From: Raillietiella orientalis
Lineage: Eukaryota
Direction of reading: 5' to 3'
Length of the DNA stretch: 64,000 nucleotides
NCBI GenBank assembly: GCA_036172245.1
Contig: JAYWIR010000009.1
Coordinates: forward strand, 1,798,001-1,862,000
The notes beneath the pieces were generated by a model. The model did not search any database. It had not been told where the DNA came from and saw only the letters and a program-made list of their open reading frames with translations. Shown piece by piece: positions 27,401 through 37,851 of this stretch (the stretch's first letter is position 1; every line of letters starts with the position of its first letter). Both the position numbers and the translations under genes were made by a program.

Positions 27401-30400
27401 CTCTCCACGCGCGGAGTGCTCAGTTAATCTTTGATGGCAACTTGAAAGTCCCTTAATTGCTTTTGGATCCGTTCGACGGGACACAGCCGTGTTTGTTCTC
27501 CAAACAGAATCTTTCCGAAGGTCGTCACGACTTTTGGAAAAGCATCTTTTGACGTTTTGCACGAAACACCATTGGAAACGGGCAGACGTCATTGGAAAAG
27601 GGTTCTCATCCAAGGTAGCTTCGACGCAACACCGGTGTTCAGCTGCTCTGTATTTGGAAAAAAAAAGAAAATTCTCAAGTCCTTGAAAAAATTCCCGTTA
27701 CGAGCTGAAGAAGGTTCGTCATCAAGTCGGTCCCGTTCCCGAATACGAACCAGGAATCGCGGCAAGGCTTGCGGGATGGGCGCGTTCGCGTGACTCCCGG
27801 AGCCCCCCACGTGTGTGCCTGCCGTTTTGCAGTTCCTTTGCTTCCTCCAACTTCTTTGCCGGCCCTGCGGCGCAGCAGCAACTGCACGTGCAATCTCTTC
27901 TCTCGCATAAGAAGAAAACCGTGCGGCAGGAACGGTCCGTTCCAAGTCATCCGTTGGAATGAGCAAAAAATTTTCGCCCGTCGAGAGGCGTGGGTGCTTG
28001 AAGAGAAGAGACCTTTGGAAAGGGGAAACGTACAGTCGATTTTCGATCGAGAGGACAACTGTCCCGTGGAACTCTTCTATCGTAGAGTGCGGTCCATTAA
28101 CGAGGCTGGTCCGACGTGAGAGAAAATGTGTTCGCGTGAATTCGCTCCAGCTGCCACTTTCGCTCGCCGAAGAGGAGGAATGTCCGAAAGCACGCCGCTT
28201 TGGGTGTCGCAGAAAACGGTCGCCAGGAAACCGGAATTCCGTTTCGGCCCCCCATGGGCGCCGTGATGTGACCCGCAGTCTCCACGCTGGGAATCGCCTG
28301 GGCGCCGGATGCTGCGTGCATCCGAGCGTTTTCTCTTTGCGGAATCGCATCCCCCTTTCGGTGGTACATCAAGTGCGCGCGCAATAATCCCGCGTGTACA
28401 TAATAAAAAAAGAGATCGTGTAAATCGGGCCATTTTGCCTTCTGGCATCCGTGGCCGATCAACGTCGTTTCGCTCTTCGGAACCGCGACTTCGACCCGGG
28501 AAAGCAGTTGGCGTGATTTTTTTTTGTTTTTTTTTCCCCTCCTCCCCCCCTTCCGAGCCCTCCTCGATTTCATGTCAAAACCCTTTGCTCCGGAAAAACC
28601 CTCGGCGTTTCGTTGGTTTCCCTCCCCCTCGCTGCCGAGAATTTTCATCGACTGCTATGAAGAAGGAGGAGGAGGGAGCACCTTGACATTTCCTTTTTTG
28701 AACACGTTGCGTTCCGGGGGGGGGGGGGTTCGCGCGAGCTTCCTCGCGGGCGTAACGGGGCACTCGTGTTTTATTTATACACGCGGCAGTATTCCCTTCT
28801 TTCCTTCAGGAGAAGAGCGCGTGCGCTCCGTGGTTGGAAACGGCTCGGCGTTCATCAGGAAGAGCAGAGACTTCGTTGCCATGCGCAAGACGGAAACACC
28901 GAACCGAATCCGTGATGACACGGTTTTTTAAGCAATTACGCGAGACACCGAGTGTTGCGAGGGCGAAAGCCACGTGTCGTGAATTAAGGAGTGGTTCAGA
29001 CGGTCGGAACGGATTCGCTCTTGTGGTACGAATGGAATCCCGCGGTTTTCTTCGGGGTCGCGAACCGTCCTGTTCGGGATGAGGAAGGATGTTTTGTCCC
29101 CCGCAACCCCTCGGAAGAAGAAAACAGATCCAGGTTGCTCTTCCTCGTTCAGATGCCTTTCGTTCTCGGACCACTTTATTGGCAGCTTGTCTTCGCATGA
29201 ATGCCCCTTCTTGGAAGGAGGAAACGACGACATCCTGGGGCGTACCAACAAGCGCAGCCCCCTATTTTGTGTTCGCGGCTGCAGTTCTCCTGAAACAGCC
29301 ATTGCTGCTGTTCTCTCTTCTGCGCGCGCAGCACCAGCAGGGAGGTGTGTGTGGTCCATCAGTCCAACATTTCAGTCCATCCCTCGTGATCAGCCGAAAA
29401 CATTGGAACCATAAAAGTTCTTGAAGTTTCCGTGGAGAGCACCAGCAGTGCGAAATGCATCAAATGGTCCATCAGTCGCAACGGCATCCGAACGAAACGG
29501 AAGAAGCAAATGTCCGAAGTTTCGCTCTCACGGGACTTCTTGCACTCCTTCGTCCACCTTTTATGCGATTCCAAAGTGGTCGTCACCCCTCTTGTCTGCA
29601 CTGACCGGGAGAAAAATGTGTCCTGCCGATCGTAATTTTAGCTGTGGATCATTTTAACCTCACTCGCAACTCTGCGGGATGATTGATGGACGTTGCGAAA
29701 CGGATGGCTGCCACGGCCGGCGGGCGAGGCTGCTGCGATGAGTCGCGTGCTGTCAGAATGCAAGAACGACCACGCGCTCCTCCGTTCGCTCGCTGACAGC
29801 GCGAGAGCGTCTGTGCGTCCGGTGCGCAAGCGCCGTTCTGCTCCCGTTGGCGCGCGCGCACGCCCCCGTCGGCGCGGAAGGCACTTCGGCCCATGCGACC
29901 ACGTCTGCCCCCCGTCGGACGACGCGGATGGCTCGCAGCTGCACGACACGCGGGTTGCTTCGGTATGTCTTCGGCCCTCCGCGTCGGTCGGTCCGGGGTC
30001 GCGCCGTCGGATGTCCTGCGAGAGGCCGGACCTCGTCCCGGCGCGGCATCGCTGCCCGCCCGCCCTTCCCTCTCTCCGGCGCGGCCCTGCACTGCCGCCG
30101 ACGCGGAGCAGCGCCCTTTCGGGAGCCCGCGAAAGGACGCTGGCGGACGTGCGTCTCCGGCGCTCCAGGCCCTCTCCGGGAACGCGTTCCCGTCGGTTCC
30201 CGTCGGTTCCCGTCACGCGAAAAAAGGGGTGGGCGTGCCGGAAGCGTTGCGGGAGGGAGCACGGAATGCTGGAGACGGATGCTCACCGAAGCCTCGAGAT
30301 CCCACTCCCTCAAAATAGATGGATGCTGGCAGATACGGGGCGAGGAGGCTTATCAAGTGGCCTCACCGATCGACCGGCTCCGTGAAAAGCTCAGCAGGAA

Positions 30401-33400
30401 GATTTTCAGGGAACCCAACGACGGTAAAAAAAAGAAAAAAAAAGGAAGGAAGGAAGGAAAAGAGGAGGAGGAAAATCCAAGCATCGGGAAAACCAACGTG
30501 CTAAAATCCGAACAGGGTGGAATCCTGGATTTTTCCTCCCCACTGGTAGTTCAGTCCGAGCTCGCCGAGAGGCACTCGGCGCGTAGAGTGCTGCCTGAAG
30601 TCGGTGAACGCAGAAGGGGTACGCCCTTCCCGCAGTGCTCCTCTGGACGAGGGTGCACCCCGTTTCTCCCGGGGAGCCTCCGCCGCATCCGAGCGGACAT
30701 TCCGTGCCCAGCGCCGGCCCCGCCTCTTCATTCACCGTGTCGGCCTGCACGTCCTTCAGTGATTCTTCCGTTGCTAAGATACGGTGGGAGGGGGGAGGGA
30801 GCGGCAGGCCATTTTGCTGGCGAGATGACCTCGAAGCGTGATGTGTCCGCGATGCAGGTGTTTACTCCCGGTGTGTTCCGGAAATCCAAGTCCGGTCGGG
30901 TTCCGTTTCGCCCTTTGAACTGGGGCGAAATCCATGCGAGGGAAGATGGGGCAGTTGGCTCACCCCCTCGCCGTCTGCCCGCCAGACGGGCCCATCCCAC
31001 TCGGCATCCCTTCGGCAGAGATGCGTCTGGACTGCGGGACCGTTCCCTTAGGGTCTGCTTGACGACCCCGGGCGATCATTAAAAAATAGGCTTGCTTGCT
31101 CTACATGGACTATTGTGCAAATGTATTTACGTATTTATTGACATACATAAAATGAACAGTAATATTATTGGGACGTATGTATTTATTAAGAGTCGGTGAC
31201 ATACATTTTATTGATAAAATGAGTAAGTTGTTGGTTATATGATTGATACATGTATTAGAGATTATAAAAAATAAATATATGTGCTTATTGTATGTATTCA
31301 TATAAATATTTATATATGGATTAATGTATATGCTGAAAATGATAAAAAATACATATATATACGCTTACTATACATATTGATGTCGTATGTCTATACGTAT
31401 CTCTATTTATGCACATATTTATTATATTCGTATTATCTATAAATGTTGATGTATAAAATAGACAGGTGCGTTTATTTTTATAATATTTAATACATATACA
31501 TATGTATATATATTGACAGCAAATGAGCAAAATCAGCAAATGAGTAATAGCACGTATGTCTCTGGATCTTAATGAACGCATACGTTCCATTAGTGTTACT
31601 GCTAATAAATATGAATACCGTGCATGTTAAAATAAGCTGCTCATTGATCTGTGTCGAAGAAGCACGCGTGCTGCTCGTCTCCTGAGATTTTGGGGGGATT
31701 TTGATTGGTTCTCTTCGCCTGACCACCGACGGAGCACATTGGCCTGACGGAGCCTGCAGCTGTGGTGGACGGGTTGTGGTGGTCGAGTCCTTGCCGCGCC
31801 TGCATTTCTTCGGCAGCGAGGCTCGTCGTCCTCTCTCCGTGTGGTTTTTCGCGTTCTGTTGCCGCACCCGCCCCAGAAGCGAGCACTCCAGCCACAGTTT
31901 CCCGACTCCTCGGCAGCTCCCGGGTGCATCTGGGGCTCTCCCGGCACCGTCTCGGAAAGCTCTTCCCTCGACCTGGCTCTGCGCTTGCGTCTCCCTGTGA
32001 AAGCGAGCCAGGAGTCACGGGCTCGGGGGTGGCAAACGCTCCGCCCGAAGCGCTTTGCGGTCCGTGCGCCTGGCTTCCGTCATTTTGCGTGGGCGGTGGT
32101 CGTACACAGGAAGTTGTTCCTCTTGCTGGTGGACAACCGGCAGAGGAAAAAGTCCGTTCCACTTGCCATTTTTGCGTTCGAGTCTTTCCCTAGGCAGACC
32201 TGGCCGCTGGCACCACTGACGAATTCCGTGCGCGGGAACCCCGCTACCCCCCTCCCCCCCCCCATTGTGCTTCGGGCCTGGTTAGTACTTGGATGGGGGA
32301 CTGCCTGGGAATCCCGGGTGCTGTAGACAAGAAACCGTCGATCTCGGTGTCGTGGAGCGCGAGGCCCTCGATCCGCACGTTCTCTCGTTTTCGCCCGTCG
32401 TCTTACCGAAAATCCGTGATTTTAATTTTAAAAAAATAAATTTATTTTTATTTTATTTTTTTTTCCTTTCAATTCCGTCTTTTTGCAGAGCATCCACCCG
32501 AACGACTTTTCTTCTCGAAGCCTAGAAAGCATAGATGGCCTTTCGATCAAGAGCTCCATCGGCCTTGACAGCGATGCCGTCAAAAAATTTTCGCTGACCT
32601 GCACGCAAAGTCCTTCGGGCGCCCTGAGTCTTTCCGACGATGTGACGAGTGGTCCTCGCATCCAGAACCACTTTCCTCCTCCCCCTGTGATTGACGAGTA
32701 CATACAGACTGACGTCGCTTTCCCGGATTCCGAACCGACATCTCTGGATTCCCAACTATTCCAGGAAAGCGGGATTTTCGAGGGCAGCGAGAACGAATTA
32801 GAGTCGGTCTCGGCCTCGACTCAGACCGATCCAGACGAGGATGACGTCATGAGCGAGCTGCTGCGGCTGCGCTCGGAGATGAGCAAGATCAACGGCTTCC
32901 GCGAAGCCTGCAAGATCTTCGACTGCATCTCGGAGGAAGAGAACTTTTGCGAGTCCTCCTTCGGCAAGAACGTGGCCATGCTGAAGGATCTCCTCGCCGA
33001 AGTGGTCCAGGACCGGACGGCACAGCGCGAAATATCCGAGCTGAAAGACTCGAAGCGGCGCCTGGAAGAACTGGTGGCATGTCTTCAGGGGCAGCTGTAC
33101 GCGAACGTCGACATGATCCGCGAGCTGAAGCACTCGAGAAAGCTGGTCCTCTTGGAGAAGGCGACCGAGGTCGACTGTTGCCTCCTGGAGGACGGGAAGG
33201 AAAAAGATCTGGAGCCCCTGGTAACCGCCTACCGTCAGGAGATCACGAAACTGGAGCAGCTGCTCGAACACAGCGACGAGAAAGTGAAGTCTCTGACAAA
33301 GACGCTCCCCATTGTTGCCCTGTGGGGCGTCTGGACGGGGCTGAACAAGACCAGGGATCTGGAGACCCTGGACGAAGGCGACGGTGCTGCTCCTCCCGAA

Positions 33401-36400
33401 ATGCTCAGCATACAGGACGCGCAGGAGGAGATCCGGACCTTGAAGAGGCAGCTGGAAGTATCCCGGGGGAGAGAGACCGACTTGGAGTCCCAGGTCCTGG
33501 ACCTGAAAGAGGAGCTCAGAGCATCCGGCCAAAGAGGAGGAGGCTGCGCATCTCCCGTGGCAGCGAGTAACTCCGTCGCGTACATCCTCAGCGAGGTGGA
33601 CCAGATGTCCCTGAGGCGAGACGGGGCTTCCCGCGAGCAGCTGGAGCAGTTCCTGATCGAGCTGTCTGCCGACAACAGCGAGGACTCCGGGACGGAGGAC
33701 CAGAAATCCAGCGAGGAACGCGTGATGCACATCCTGCGCAAGCGCTTCAAGCGCCTCCTGCAGAAGGAAGCGGCCTACGAGGAGACGCTGAGGGAAGCCG
33801 ACAGGATCCTGGTCCGCGTGGAAGGGGAGTACCGCGCGCGCATCGACGAGCTGGAGCTCCAAAAGGAGGAGCAGCGCGCATGCATGGGCCGCCTGGAGGA
33901 GAACGTCGATCGCCTGAGGCAGGCCCTGCGGGGCAGGCCGCGGACGGAGAAGGAAGCCTGCGAGATGATGGAGAGGCTGGCCGAGGCGGAATCCACGGAG
34001 ATCCGGCTTCGCGAACGCATCTGGACCTTGGAGCGTTTCGAACGGGAGATGAACCTGCAGCTGCTTCACCAGGAGAAGACCATCAACACCTTGCGCAAGG
34101 AATCGAAGGAGAAGGAAGCGTTCCTGTCCCGCACGCTCCAGCTGCAGCAGGACCGCAAGGCGCTGCAGGCGAAGCTGGAGAGGTTGCAGAGGGAGCAGGG
34201 GTCCCGCATCGCGGAGCTGGAGGACGTCGACGGTCGTCTGAGGAGCTCCCTGGAACAGCTGGAGATGCAACTGTCCTCGAAGGAAAGCCAGCTGAACGGC
34301 ATCCGGAACGAAGTGGAGTGGTGCCGGGAGCAGCTGGCGATCGAGCGGGGTCGGTACGACGAAGCACGCCTGGAGGCTACGCGCTTCCGTGAGAAGGCGG
34401 ATGCGATTTCGAAACAGATCCATTCCAAGCAACTCGAGATGGAAAGCAGCGACATCTCCCACCGAAACGAGGTAACAGAGAGTCGCCGCGCCCCGCGTTC
34501 CTCATGGTTCCCGTGGTCTCCAGGTCAGCCGGCTGCGCATGCAGCTGAGCACAACCCACCAGCAGCTGTCCGACCTCGACAACCTCAACTGCACTTTGCG
34601 CGAGAAGCTCCGTGACGCCGAGGTAAAGGGGGAAAAAATGCCTTCTAGAAATCGAACTTTCGGGGCCGCTGGCCACGGCCCGCCCCATTGTTGACCATTG
34701 TTCCGCCGCGGAATGCTTTCACACCGAGAACGCTGGATGAACATCGTGGTGTTCTTAACATCCATGTCCCGTTATGTTTCACAAGTCCGTAAAATTCCCT
34801 GGCATCCACTGCTGGTAGGATGTTCCGAGATGCAAGAAACCTTGGCTGTTTCTCTTCTTTTCCTTTTTCTCCTTCCCTCCCCCCCCCCCTCTCCCCTCCT
34901 TCTTCGAATGCCCGCTTTCTGTCCTCGTCGGCCTGCATTCTCTCGAGGGCGCGCGCGCGCGAAACCTTTGCGTCTCGCCGCCGGGCGGGCCCTTCGCGAC
35001 GAACCCACGCACCTGTCACGGAAAAAAGCTGCCACGGTCCTTCCTTTCAGCAAGAGCTGGCCTCCGCGCAGCATCAGATCGAAGCCCAGCAAAGCCAGAA
35101 CCAGAAACTGCTGATGAAGCTGAAAGCCCAGCTGTCCCGGCAAGCAGCGCACGACTCCCTCGAGCGACTGTCCTTCGATGGGGTCGAGGACGAGAGGTGC
35201 TCCGACGAAGAGGCCAGCTCCAGGAAACCTCGTCGGGGTCCGACCAGGAACGACGGTGAACACCCGCTGGAGAAGTGGCTCCCCGGATCGGGCGCGTCGG
35301 ACGCAGAGTCCCGGTCGGACGGCGGCGACAGCAAGCATGGAGGAGGGAGGTCCCTGTCCGAAGAAACGCTGAAGCTCCCCGATCCGAGCCCGCAGGCGCT
35401 CCTCGCTCCTCGCGTCCGGCTCGTCCACGAGGCCACGCAGACGAGTTCGTCCGTTGCGTCGATGGAGTCGCAGCTGCATCAGCTAAGGGAGAGACTGGCG
35501 AGATCCGAACAGGAGGGCACCATCCTGGAGAGCTCCCTGGAGGATCGGCAGCGCGAGCTGATGAGGCTGCAGGAGAATTACAAAGACGTCTGCCAGAAGA
35601 ACGAAGAGCTGGTGATGCAGCTGATCCAGATGAAGACCCAGTTCAAGGATCACCTCAGGGAGATGGAAAAAAGCATACAAGTCAAGGACCAGCTGCTGGA
35701 GCTGCTCTCGGAGCACCTGCGCTCCTCTCCCATCCCGAGCGACCTGGACGTCCTCCTGAACTGCGTGACCGTCAGCCACAGCTGCGACGTGGAACAGCTC
35801 GGCCAAGTCTTGAGGTTGTGGCCCGCGTCCAGGGTGGAGGCGGAGGCGAACAAGGCCCCCAAAATGGGTCCCAAGACCTTGGTCCCTCGTGTTTCACGAG
35901 TCAAGGTCCGGTCGAGTTGATGGGGTCTCTCCCTCCCCCGCCCTTACCAGTCGTTCTTTCCAGAGCCTTCCATCCCAACGGAACGGCAGCAGTTGCTGCT
36001 CTCCGGGGGTCCAAACGCAGCACACCCCTCCGAAAAGGGAGGCTCCTCGCGCAGCGACCTGCGTGCCTTCGAAAGTCGTCAGCAAGGAACAGCAGCCCCC
36101 GGGGATTTCCCAACTGGCCTGCCCAACTGACTTCACGGCGTACCGCCAAGTAGGGAAAGACTCTCTTCTGGTAGCCTGGAAGCCACCAGACGTTGTTGCC
36201 GACGTCAGTGGCTACGAGGTTGGCACCGGGCGAATCGGTCCGGACAGCTTTTGCCACCCCTCCCCTTCTTCCTGTTCAGATTTTCGTGAACGGATCTCCA
36301 TGGCTTAAAATGAGGAGCCCTCAGAGAACGAAGGCTTTGGTCCATGGACTCGACCTCTCCTCCCCGTTAGCCTTGTCCATCGTAGCCACGTCCGCCGATG

Positions 36401-36480
36401 GAAGAACATCGGAGGAAGTCGTGGTCACCTTCGACTTGGAGCAGGGACTTCGACCCAGTCGTTCCGTCGCCGATATGTAG
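12311..36480 (+). CDS. Spliced gene: JAKMIP-like (Janus kinase and microtubule-interacting protein-like) coiled-coil protein with C-terminal fibronectin type III domain; join(12311..12679,16565..16669,17601..17867,32489..34471,34524..34622,35051..35905,35964..36218,36280..36480), 5' end probably further upstream
   Basis: All eight exons are open, have canonical AG/GT boundaries and join in phase 0, giving 1377 codons plus TAG at 36478-36480. The ENEIRELREQNELLEFRVLELE motif resembles the DQNELLEFRILELE motif of JAKMIP proteins. Long E/L/R/Q heptad-rich stretches and an FN3-like beta pattern at the end. Additional exons in the long introns cannot be excluded. Confidence 0.75.
16565..16669 (+). 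CDS. Exon (KVLPPATDAGTQTSGVAVATNGHQDVSDPKTDDVR)
   Basis: Acceptor TTTGCTCTTTGTCTCCCAG, consensus donor CGG|GTGAGT at 16670; 105 nt, phase 0-0. Confidence 0.7.
17601..17867 (+). CDS. Exon (NQCIREWQAWCYWMANSSHLSADGRTILAQLEACF...PEDAFE)
   Basis: Acceptor CTGATTTGCAG, donor GAG|GTATGC at 17868; 267 nt, phase 0-0, open. Weak resemblance to the helix that follows the JAKMIP ELLEFR motif. Confidence 0.55.
19700..23400 (+). mobile_element. Second fossil THAP9/P-element-like transposase
   Basis: Weak THAP-like start (AAGATGG 19706; FVPSTDRCR..LPRRNHP), LGVVCEQN (21577-21600, cf. VVCDQGxxN), VHLVIRARGQL (~21672-21704, cf. HLxKxxRN), DFPSATETANF (~21935-21965), ISQD..E..SIR (~22483-22520), LHYSVGFI (~22692-22716). 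Confidence 0.4.
20243..20277. repeat. (CA)n microsatellite
   Basis: Directly visible. Confidence 0.95.
24337..24405. repeat. Compound microsatellite (TG)n-poly(T)-(GT)n
   Basis: Directly visible. Confidence 0.95.
25400..29600 (-). mobile_element. Fossil THAP9/P-element-like DNA transposase
   Basis: Minus strand in order: THAP-like WTKEC...ICFFRF..W...CWCSP...LLWFQCF (29390-29560), VSVDE (27101-27115), VSVLM...DWKLHIILF (~26925-26990), FSHLSALIELN..GK...VAMFK...SQNFS (26255-26390), LSFKTP (~26105-26120), ERTQG...NP (~25617-25655). Frames are broken. Confidence 0.5.
26780..26806. repeat. (CTT)n microsatellite inside the P-element-like fossil
   Basis: Directly visible; produces poly-S/E/K runs in chance ORFs. 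Confidence 0.95.
29611..30364. repeat. 754-bp dispersed direct repeat, copy 1
   Basis: GAAAAATGTGTCCTGCCGATCG...TTATCAAGTGGCCTC recurs at offset +20012. ORF-track translations in several frames on both strands are identical between the copies. Confidence 0.95.
31079..31640. other. Sharply bounded AT-rich low-complexity island in intron
   Basis: By eye about three-quarters A/T with TATA/TATG/ATAC runs, against GC-rich flanks on both sides. Confidence 0.9.
32489..34471 (+). CDS. Large coiled-coil exon (661 codons)
   Basis: Strong T-rich acceptor ending TTTTTGCAG at 32488, donor GAG|GTAACA at 34472; core of the 710-aa ORF; heptad-rich with strong codon bias. Confidence 0.92.
34524..34622 (+). 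CDS. Exon (VSRLRMQLSTTHQQLSDLDNLNCTLREKLRDAE)
   Basis: Follows a 52-nt intron; TCTCCAG acceptor, GAG|GTAAAG donor; continues the coiled-coil pattern in phase 0. Confidence 0.85.
35051..35905 (+). CDS. Coiled-coil exon (QELASAQHQIEAQ...LVPRVSRVK)
   Basis: Acceptor CCTTCCTTTCAG at 35050, donor AAG|GTCCGG at 35906; 285 codons within ORF 34820..35920. Confidence 0.85.
35964..36218 (+). CDS. Exon: linker plus N-terminal half of FN3-like domain (CPTDFTAYRQVGKDSLLVAWKPPDVVADVSGYE)
   Basis: Acceptor TTCTTTCCAG at 35963 after a 58-nt intron, donor GAG|GTTGGC at 36219; the SLLVAWKPP...GY pattern is typical of FN3 strands B/C. Confidence 0.8.
36280..36480 (+). CDS. Terminal exon: C-terminal half of FN3-like domain (IFVNG...KALVHGLD...SIVATSADGRTSEEVVV) and stop
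   Basis: Acceptor CTTCTTCCTGTTCAG at 36279 after a 61-nt intron; completes GYE|IFVNG; TAG at 36478-36480. Confidence 0.82.
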   Translation: MFVNGSPWLKMRSPQRTKALVHGLDLSSPLALSIVATSADGRTSEEVVVTFDLEQGLRPSRSVADM

Positions 36481-36904
36481 AGATGTCCAAGCGAACGGCG
36501 AGAATGCCGGGCGTCGTCAGGGGAAACCAAGCGACCTTACGGAGTGCCTCCATCTATTGGATTACCGGCGTGCCTTCCGCTTTTTCACCATCATCGCATC
36601 CTGGACTTTCACATATCAACCGAGGGGAACGAGGTGCTTCCATCCCTGCGGTGCTTTCACACCTCCTGGACGAAGGAGAATTCTTCACAGAGAGCCACTC
36701 GCCATTTCCGTCGCGCGCCGCTTCGGAGCACCGCCGACTTTGGCGCTGTCACGGGCAGCTCGTGGAAGGATGCGCGCGCCCGTGAAGCACACAAAGTGCT
36801 GCTTTGTTCCTCTTTCTTGTGATGGATACTTGAGATCTTTATATCTTTTTTTTTTTCTCCTTCGAACACTAATCAATTCGTACAGGACAGCATACAGATA
36901 CGAT

Positions 36905-36950
36905 TAATAATGTACAGATATTGATATTATTCTCTTATTAAAAAAAAAGA
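36905..36950 (+). terminator. Probable polyadenylation signal region of the JAKMIP-like gene
   Basis: AT-rich patch ~450 nt after the stop, with TGTA (36911) and ATTAAA (36937-36942). Confidence 0.45.
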
Positions 36951-37851
36951 AAATGCATTCCGGTGCTTGCTTGAATCTCGACTTGCGCGTGCCATAGGGG
37001 CACCCCGAGTTCGCCCCTTTCTGGCGTCCAGCGCGCTCAACCCGGTGGGCAACCAGATGCCCATCGCGCTTACGAAGGAGGAAATGCTCGTGACCCACGT
37101 GTTTCGAAAGGCTGCACGTTTGCTGACACTGACGCTTTCATGATGCGGTTAAGGTTGGCATCACAGGGGTGCATTGGTGCTCGTGCCCAGAGTCGGCCCT
37201 GGGCACGAGGAATGCTCAGCCTGCCCGAAGCACGCCCCAATGGTGCTGTGACTGGTGGTAGCCGGACGCATTTCTGCGCACGACTCGCTCGACGGCGGAC
37301 TGCTTCTCACGGGAAGCCTTTGTGATGGCGACGTGTCTCCGCAGGGCGTAGAGCGTAGAGAGGCCTCCTCTCTGGTGCGAACAAGGAGAGGAAGGAAGCT
37401 GTTCGAAGGACCTTTTTGCGAACCGCACCAGTCTGCCATGCGACGAACGCACGGTACTTTGAAGCGCCGGATCGGGAAACGCTTCCCTTTCATATGCGCG
37501 CTGCAGTTGCCGGCGGCAACGCAGCGCCTACGCGCCCTCCCTGGCGACACGGATCGCCAACGGTTCTTCCTATCCTCACGTCTCACTCTAGCATAGTTCC
37601 GCTGCTCGTTCCATTCATTCGGCTAGGTGGGTGGGTCGGCCAGGAACCTTTTTTGATCGCACACCCCAGGCTTTCAGAGTGCTCTTCCGTTCTGGGTGCG
37701 AGGAGTTAACTTTCTACATCCCATTTTGCGGGAGGGTGTCAGCAGTCCGCAAATCTATACGCTTCTTGTCTTACCGCCACCTCGGTCAAAAATCCAGGAA
37801 CGCCCTCTTGGAAGAAAGGGATTACGGGCTCTCGGAATGAGCTTCCAGAGT

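Noticed and set aside
29639..29670. 5.8S rRNA-like start (TAGCTGTGGATCA) or telomerase-template-like TAACCT in the repeat
   Set aside because: The matches are only a few bases and do not extend.
32798..34462. 554-aa minus-strand ORF
   Set aside because: Antisense shadow of the codon-biased coiled-coil exon; L/Q-rich mirror translation with no independent signals.
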